Origin: Geosiphon pyriformis uo1 | Lineage: Eukaryota > Fungi > Glomeromycota | Length of the DNA stretch: 64,000 nt | Direction of reading: 5' to 3' | NCBI GenBank assembly: GCA_016748015.1 | Contig: JAAOMT010000305.1 | Location: 1 to 64,000, forward strand | Part shown: positions 56,016 to 64,000 of the stretch, one piece after another | How positions within the stretch are numbered: the stretch's first letter is position 1 | How the letters are laid out: each line of letters starts with the position of its first letter | Notes under the pieces: model-generated | The model's input: the letters and a program-made list of their open reading frames with translations, nothing else | What the model was told of the DNA's origin: nothing | Databases searched by the model: none | Program-made: the position numbers and the translations under genes

Positions 56016-56880
56016 TGTTATTCATAAAAAAAAATCAGATATAGAAAATAGTAGACCAATAAGAAAATAGTAATTAGCACATGAACACATTGCTCAGCAA
56101 TATAGAACAATGTCAGAAATTATGGCATATTGCTCAGCAATGTGAAGTAATATTAAAAAATTAAGGCACATTGCTTAAGAAATCATAGCACATTGCTTGG
56201 GAATATGAACAATCTCATAGAACATAAATTAGGTATATATAGCAGTAGTATTAGAAGCAGAAAAGACAGACCTCTCAGTTTAGACTTGATCTAAGCAACT
56301 TTCACATCATAAATATTAATAAATAATTATTCACTATTTCAAATCTACTCCACTATCAACACTCTATGTTGATAGAAATTGATACTTAATCATACTAGAA
56401 CAATAGCTCTTGATCATGGCTATTAACAAGATACTAACATTTATTGTCTTGGCTTATTTCTTTATTTTCTTTTATTTTTTTTGTTATTTCTTTTTGTTTT
56501 GCTAATTGATTAAAAAAGAGTAAGCACTGAATTATTGATGTTAAGGATAGTCTGATAAAAGACTCCAAAGGAAGGGTATAAAGTTTGATAATTTAAGGAT
56601 AGCTTACCAGAAGGGCATCTCTATCAGATTATTGGCCACCATGTTGAGAAAAAAATTTGATAGAATTGCAATTCCAAAAAGCTACTGAAAAAACAATTAT
56701 TGAATCTCTGTTCATTATACAAAAAACTTAACAATCCAATTTTCAGATTATTAATACCTTCAAATTAACACAAACCTTCAGATACAAACAACTTACAAAT
56801 ATTACCAATTATCAAATCAATTGAGCACCAAGTTATGGGTTTGTTATTTGATTTGAGACCCCAAATAATTACCTGTAACA
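56016..56880 (+). repeat. 5' LTR of Gypsy copy D (TTGCTCAGCAA-repeat U3 type)
   Basis: Begins TGTTA, ends GTAACA; TATA-like tatatatagcagtagtattagaagc at ~56234; downstream portion is shared with the other LTRs. Confidence 0.9.
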
Positions 56881-56882
56881 TT

Positions 56883-56898
56883 TGGTGCTCCTTGTAAA
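56883..56898 (+). other. Primer binding site (TGG-start, complementary to a tRNA 3' CCA end)
   Basis: TGGTGCTCCTTG two bases after the LTR; equivalent sites are present in copies A, B and C. tRNA identity not determined. Confidence 0.8.
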
Positions 56899-56940
56899 AT
56901 ATAATTCTACAGAGAATCAGCACCAACAACAATCATCTAA

Positions 56941-59070
56941 AAGTGGCAAAATCAGAAATAATAGGAACAAATTATTTAAGATTTGCTAAATTCTTATTTC
57001 AACAATACAGCCAACAATTGGGCCTAACCAACAATTATTATCCAGCAGAATTAGCTTTTAATTTCTATGTCAACAAAAAAATTACAGATTTCCTAGGAAG
57101 ACCAATTGACATTGAATCAGCAAGAGAAAATTTCTATACAAAATTAATCCAACACACTAGCTTATCACAAAATTACAGTTTCACACCAATCATTAGAGAA
57201 ATTAATCAAAAAATTGAAAGATACACTCAACAACAATTCCCTATTACCTATGCAAATAAGAGTAAAAAAAAATTATAAACATCAACAGCAACACCAAAAG
57301 AAATACAATTACAAACATAGAAAAAGCAAAAAATTGAATTTTTATTATATCCATCATATCATCATACACCTAAAAGCATCATCAATATCACATCAACAAG
57401 TGCATTTATATCAAACATGACATCAACATTTGGATGATTACTATTTTAAAATAAACAAAAAAAAGCGAAATTATTAAGAACCTACAACAATTACTTTGAA
57501 GAATTTAAATTGTGATTACCAATGCCATCAGGATTCTAATTACCACCACCTCCAACAGATTTTGAAACTGCAAGTCTTTGGGAGATAACAGCATCAGAAG
57601 AAGAGGAAAAAGAAGATCAAGAATTTAATTATCAAAATCTAATTGTGTAAAATCCAGAAGTTGAAACTCCGAATATTCAAACTTAGCAAACCCAGAACAA
57701 TCCAATCCCCATGTTAATTAATTAGCAAAACTTATTTTCAGAAATTGTTATCAATCAACAACTAATTGATTTAATTGCCAAACAACTTCAATAGTCAATA
57801 TCTTTTTAACAACTGCAACAACTAAACATGAATTCAATAATCTATGTCTTAATAGCCAAACTCAAAAAGTTCATGGGCAAAAAAAATGATGCCCAAGTAT
57901 GGCTCAATAATGTGGAAAAAGCTATTGCAGCCAATGAATAGAATGATGCATGAGCCATACAAGTCATTTTATATTTTCTCCAAGATACTACCAACTTGTA
58001 ATATCAAAACTTAGTTAACAAACCTTAAGATTTTAATACATTTAAGCTTGCATTTTTACAATATTTCAGCAATAATAATAGCATCAACTGATTAATCAAC
58101 ACTTTCACCACCATCAAGCAAAAAGAAAATGAAGCAGTCACTACTTACTTGGGATACTTCTACAGAAATCTGCATCAAATTCAAGCAATACAGGCTGATT
58201 ATTTTACAGCACCACAAATTCTAAACCAATTCATTAGAGGTCTGCACAGTAACATCCTCCAATATGTACACCAATTGCATCCAGCAGATCTTCAAGCCAC
58301 TATTACAAACACCAGAAATTTTAAGACAGCTGAACTCGAAACCAACCATTCCAAGCTGTAAATTTAGTAATGAACAGATCATCTAACTTGGATTCTAAAT
58401 TGAAGCAATTCAGTGAATCAATCAATCAGAAATTAAAGGGATACTTAGCTAACAACAATCAGACAATTTATTAACCTCTTCAATGATACAATAATTAAGA
58501 AAACTTTAATTGTGTTCAAAATTAACTATGTTTAACATCGTCAACCAATTACCAGTGGCAGTAGAAAACACATGTCTGCCACTATTGTGATAAACAAAAA
58601 CATTTGCAATTTGAATGTTGCAAAAAGATATGCAACCAATGATTAAGTAATCAGTATTAAAACTCTGATTGCCAACTTCAAACTCAAAATTACATTAGTA
58701 ATCAATCACCAAAACAATATCAATCTCAATTACATTACTCTCTAGTAATACAGCCAATTTATCAAACCCCAATAACACAGCAATTATACTCATCTCTAGT
58801 ATATTAGTTTCTAGCATCAATTTATCAACCAACAACACTCATAATCTATCAATTATTGTAGCCACAAGTAATCTATCAGGCATCAGCAATCTTAACCCCA
58901 AACTCAGCTTCAATGACATCAGAAAATCTCAGACCAAGGGTTACTCAAAACTGGAGATTGACAATAATTGTTCATCAACCAATTCCCAGTTCATCCACCC
59001 AGTAGTCAGGATCATGGCAGTGGAGTTCAGAAACTAGATATACCCAAAACCTGAATTTCCAGAACTATGG
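56941..59070 (+). pseudogene. gag: Gypsy gag (capsid-like domain, CCHC knuckle)
   Basis: IAKLKKFMG..DAQVWL..VEKAI, YFYRNLHQIQA..LNQFIRGL, CHYCDKQKHLQFEC (~58577-58620). Confidence 0.88.
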
Positions 59071-62000
59071 TAATTCCAGAAAATGCCTTATCCAACAACA
59101 CAGAACCCAACCAAAAACAACTACTCACCAGCAACATTCCTTCAGCCACTGTTACTAATGATGAATTACTCACAGCTATCTTTCTGTTCAAACTTGAGGA
59201 ACTGACATTCATGCTCTTGTTCAGTAAAGTCACACTTGAGAAAAAACCAATTACTGTTATATACACTGATGCCAAAATTGATAGCTATTCTATCAAGCTC
59301 ATTCTTGATAGTGGGTCAGTAGGCAGCATTATCACATAACAACTTATAAACCAATTAGGTTATCAAGTTGATTATGCTGCCAGTGCTAGAATCATAACAG
59401 CCAATGGGGCAACCAAAACTCCAATTGGTGAGATTGATGACCTTTTCATAGAAGTTAATGGCATCATTATACAAATCAAGATATTAGTTATAGAAGTCAC
59501 TTAAGCACTTGTTAGTAATAACTGGTTGTTCAAAACCAATATGATACTCAATTAGAATGTACAAAAGCTCTAACTTAGCCAAAATGGTTAACACATACAT
59601 ATATCAGCCATGTGTAATCACTTTAAGTCTATCATTACACCATTAGCACTTCTTATCAAGTTTAACAACAAAGAAGAAAAACCTACCTGAGAAGCTTACC
59701 AAGTCTTTTGAACTGATACCAACCACAATAAATTACTGCTAATATTATCATAAGATGACAAAAGAAAGGAAAAAAGAAAAGAAAAACCTATCTGGGAAAC
59801 CAACTGAAGTTATTGGAATAATAATGACCAAAGTGAATGGCCACTAATTTAAACTTGAGAAGAAAAAAGAAAAGGAAGAAAAAAAGTAAATGAAAGCATA
59901 CAAGCTACTATCTCTATATATATTCTATACACAGCACCCCAACTACAAGCCAATTATCATTGGCCCAAGATAATATGCATCAATTGTGGCAAAAAATTGT
60001 CCACAATGGGCACATGCTGTAATGATGATAAGGAATAGTAAACTGCAACAAAGTTCTATTGCTAACCATGCATTCTTGAACATTTTGACCAACCAAAGAG
60101 ACAAAGAAAATGGAATAATGAGTCATGTTTCACTTGTGAAGAGACTCTTTTAGACAAAAAAATATAGAACAACATTTTTGGATAAGGGAGAATATGCAAC
60201 AATTGTGTCAGTACACAATCCTAATAAATAACTGGGTAAGAAAAAAAACGCCCATAGAAGCTGCCTGGAGACAAACAATCAAACATTAAACAGTTGTCTA
60301 CACAATGATAATAAAATCTGGCAAATAGCACTTGCCAAAATCGAAGAAGAGTCACCAGAAGAAATAAGAATGATAAAAAATAACTTATCAGAACCCATAA
60401 AACTTGACTGGGGTCCAAACCAAAATATTATCCTCAAGCCTGTGGACCCAGAACAATTCCACAAGCACTATCAAAAATTAGCACTCACTAGAAAAGAACA
60501 AGAGCAATGATTAGAAGAAATAAACACAAGACTATGTAACTATTATTTAATCCTATATGATTTTTAGTATTGTAATGAATGTGACCTTATCTACAATTCA
60601 CTACCATGCATGATCTACACAATTCCAGAGAAAGATAAACCAATTAGCAGCTGTGCATCAGAATTGGAATCAACTTTCAATTCCAATTCAAACTCTGACA
60701 ATGACAACAACAAAAACAATAGTTCCAGCTCTGCTCAATATGGCAACAAAAATAACTACAATTTGGACTTTGATTCAAACCTTAAAACATCTATTGCACT
60801 TCCTGATCTTTCCAAAGAGCAGAAACTGAAATAATTTAGTAATAATGATGAAAATATCATGCCAGAATGCATATATGATACTGATGTTGGGTTTAATCTA
60901 AGATATTTAGAGAAGAATACTATCAAATTAGAACCACATTTGCATACATGCATTGATCTTAAAATAGCACTGGAAATTCTAGTAACAATAATAATTTAAC
61001 TAGCATTAAAAAATAGTTTAGTAAAGAAGAGAATCAACATCAGAGAAGAAATAATTAACACAGGATGTAAAAAAAATCATTGTAATATTACAAAATGATT
61101 CAGAAAAGACCTATATTATAGAGCCAAATAAAAAGATAACACAGGCAATATTCCTGCTTTTGGTTAAAATAGCTTAATTAGTATTAGTGGGAAACAGAGA
61201 AAAATTAGAAATTACAGCTAAAGGGATACAGAATTTCGGATCTACAAGTAGAATAGATGTATCAGTTAATATAGCAGAGAAAAAAATTGTTAATAAGAGA
61301 GAAATTATCTCCACCTGTCAATCAATCTCTATTCTACCATATAACCAGTGCATAGTAACTATAAAAAAAAAGGTAAAGGATCAGGTACAGATTTTTGAGG
61401 CAGAAGCAACACTTTGTGAATCAAGAAAGATTGGATTAGTCAATCTACATATACCAGCCAAGAATCACAAACACATCAAAATTTCCATTTACAACAACAT
61501 GAGAAATACCATTGAGATACCAGAAGAAACTATCATTGAATATTTAATCACTAAAATTAAAGACCAACTGTCAGACATTATTCCAGATTTTCTACAACTA
61601 TGTAGATATCTAGATATTATATTTCAAACAATATATAGACAAGAAGAATGTTATTTGTTCCAACCAAAACAATTGGAACAGATAAACTTGGAAAATCTAA
61701 ACCAACTACAATGTATGCAGCTCAAAATATTACTCAACAACTTCAATGATATTTTTGCCAGTTAAAATGAATTTGGCAAAACTGACATAATCCAGCATCA
61801 AATTAAGACTGGAGATACAATATCAATTAAGCAAAGAGCATACAGAGTACTACTAGCCAGCCATGAAATCATTTGTTAAGAAATCAATTAGATGCTTGAC
61901 AACAGGCTAATTCAGTCATCAATAAGCCCATGATTATTATCAGTAGTACTAGTCTGTAAGAAAAATAAGAAAATCCATTTTTGTGTGAATTATCAAAAAC

Positions 62001-64000
62001 TGAATAGAATGACAAAAGGAGATAGTTGCCCAACACCAAAAATTTAAGAGCTGTTTGATGTTTTTGGAGAAAAGAAATGGTTTTCAACTTTAGACTTAGA
62101 CAGTAGTTACTGACAAGTAGCCATAAAACCAGAAGATAAAAAGAAAACAGTTTTTACAACATAAGAAGGAAATTTCAAATTCGAAGTTATGCCATTTGGC
62201 TTGATAAATATTCCTGCCACATTTTAACAATTCATGGAAATTGTCTATACTGGACTGCTATAGAAATCAGTAGTCATATACTTAGATAACACCAATGTGT
62301 TCTCAAAGACCTTTAATAATCATTTGCATTATCTCCAACAAGTATTTGAAAGATCCAGATGAGCAGAATTAAAATTAAATGCAAACAAATGCTTTTTTAG
62401 CAAAACAGAACTCAAGTTTTTGGGATATATTGTGAGCAAAGACAGTATCAAAATAGAACCAGATAAGATTGAGATTGTTAAGAACTTTCTAGTACCAAAT
62501 AATTTCATAAAATTAAGAGCATTTTTGGAATTTGCTGGATACTACCACCACTTTATCAAAGACATTTCTAAAATAACTTAACCATTATACCAACTTCAAT
62601 CAAAAAACACCAAATATGAATGGATTAAAATTCGACAAAAAGCCTTTGACACACTGAGAAAAAAACTTATTCAAGCTCTAGTATTGATTTATTCAAATCA
62701 TAGTAAGCCATTCATAATCACAACAGATGCATCAGATTAAGCATTGGAAGCAGTACTATCTCAAAAAGGACTAGATAGATGAAAACACTCAGTAGCTTAT
62801 GCCAGTAGAAGCTTGAATCCAGTTGAAAAAAACTATAGAACACCAGCATTAAAACACTTAGCAATCTATTGGGCTGTCAGCAAATGAAAAAAATACTTGA
62901 ATCAAAAGTTTAATGTGTACACTAATCACAAAGACTTAATTTCAATCCAGAAGCAAGAATTTGGAGATAATTACTATGCCAGATAGAAAATAGAACTTTC
63001 ACTATTTAATTATACAGTATATTACAAAAAAGAAAAAAAAAACGGAAATACTGATGGCTTGTTACAAATGAGACAAATTTAAAAACATTTCAACCCAAAA
63101 ATATAACAAAAGATGAATATACAAAAATACTAACAATTCTAATATTATATAAATACTTAATTGTTCAAAAAAAAATTATCTTAAAAAAAACAAAATAACA
63201 TAAAACAACAATCAAAATATTTTATCAACCATCAAAATATATTTTATTAGAAAAACAAAAAAAATCTGGATCAACCAACCAGAGTAATTACAAAACCAGA
63301 GAAAAAGACAATATTGTTCAACATATATTCAGATTCAACAGCAAGACATTTTCATAAAAAAACAACCATAGAAAGAACCAGAAAAAGATACTATTGGCCA
63401 TTTATGTATTCAAACATCATCCAATATATTCAAAATTGTAATGCTTGTCAGAGAAAAGGAAGAACAAGACTTAGTAAACCATTGAGACCAATCAAAATGG
63501 GATAACTATTCAATCACATTGGAATTGACTTAGTCAGATCATTAACAATCACCAGCAAAGACAACAGATATATTACAGTAGTCATAAATTATCTCACAAA
63601 ATGGCCAGAAGCAAAAACCATTCAAAAAGCAGATGCAGAATCTGTTGCCAAATTTGTTCATCAAGATTTGATCTGTTGACACAAATGTCCAAAAAAACTA
63701 TTATCAGATCAAAGAACTTACTTTGTAAATAGAACATTGGCAGAATTAAGTCAAAGATTTGGGATAAAAAGACCATTATCATTACAATACTATCCATAAA
63801 CAAATGGGTTAGTTGAAAAGTTTAATAGAATATTGTGTGAAGCAATTGCCAAAATCAGCCAAAAAAACTAGGATAAATGGGATTTGTTTATACTATTAGT
63901 ATTATTTGCTTATTAGACAATGAAGCAAGACACTACACAAGCAACACTATTTAAATTAGTATATGGTAGAACAGCAACATTACCAGTTGAAATAGAAGTT
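59030..64000 (+). pseudogene. pol: Gypsy pol: aspartic protease, Cys-rich domain, dUTPase, RT, RNase H, integrase
   Basis: ILDSGS (59301-59318); dUTPase DTDVGFNL...KITQAIF...GIQNFGST (~60875-61250); RT SP*..VVLV, FCVNYQKLN, VMPFGL, YLDN (62279-62290), FLG; RH ITTDAS, AYASR; IN H...YYWP...CNACQ, IGIDL, LSDQ, YYP*TNGLVE. Confidence 0.95.

Larger units (their letters stand above)
56016..64000 (+). mobile_element. Ty3/Gypsy copy D (best-preserved copy), runs off the window in integrase
   Basis: LTR 56016-56880, PBS TGGTGCTCCTTG, gag, then PR-(Cys-rich)-dUTPase-RT-RH-INT (Gypsy domain order). Confidence 0.95.

Overview
Extremely AT-rich eukaryotic (fungal-type) DNA made almost entirely of nested, decaying transposable elements; I can support no intact host housekeeping gene. 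The element families resemble those I recall from Glomeromycotina, possibly Geosiphon (inference, not verified). Contents: (1) APE+RT+RNase H LINEs: one near-full-length copy (4904-11686), a 5'-truncated copy with a TSD, a split copy, a heavily mutated copy and an ORF1 relic. (2) Four copies of one Ty3/Gypsy family whose pol reads protease - Cys-rich domain - dUTPase - RT - RNase H - integrase, with a putative extra ORF after pol. Three copies are nested inside each other next to a decayed Tc1 transposase, and the LTRs carry two different U3 repeat arrays. (3) A young 597-bp Tc1/mariner deletion derivative with perfect 28-bp TIRs that encodes only the DNA-binding domain. (4) After a 956-N gap, a CpG-retaining island with a protein kinase followed by a Sola-like transposase. 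The repeats show a gradient of C->T/G->A hypermutation that includes non-CpG (CpA/TpG) sites, i.e. RIP-like. An exact Tn5/Nextera mosaic-end adapter at 23353-23371 is an assembly artefact.
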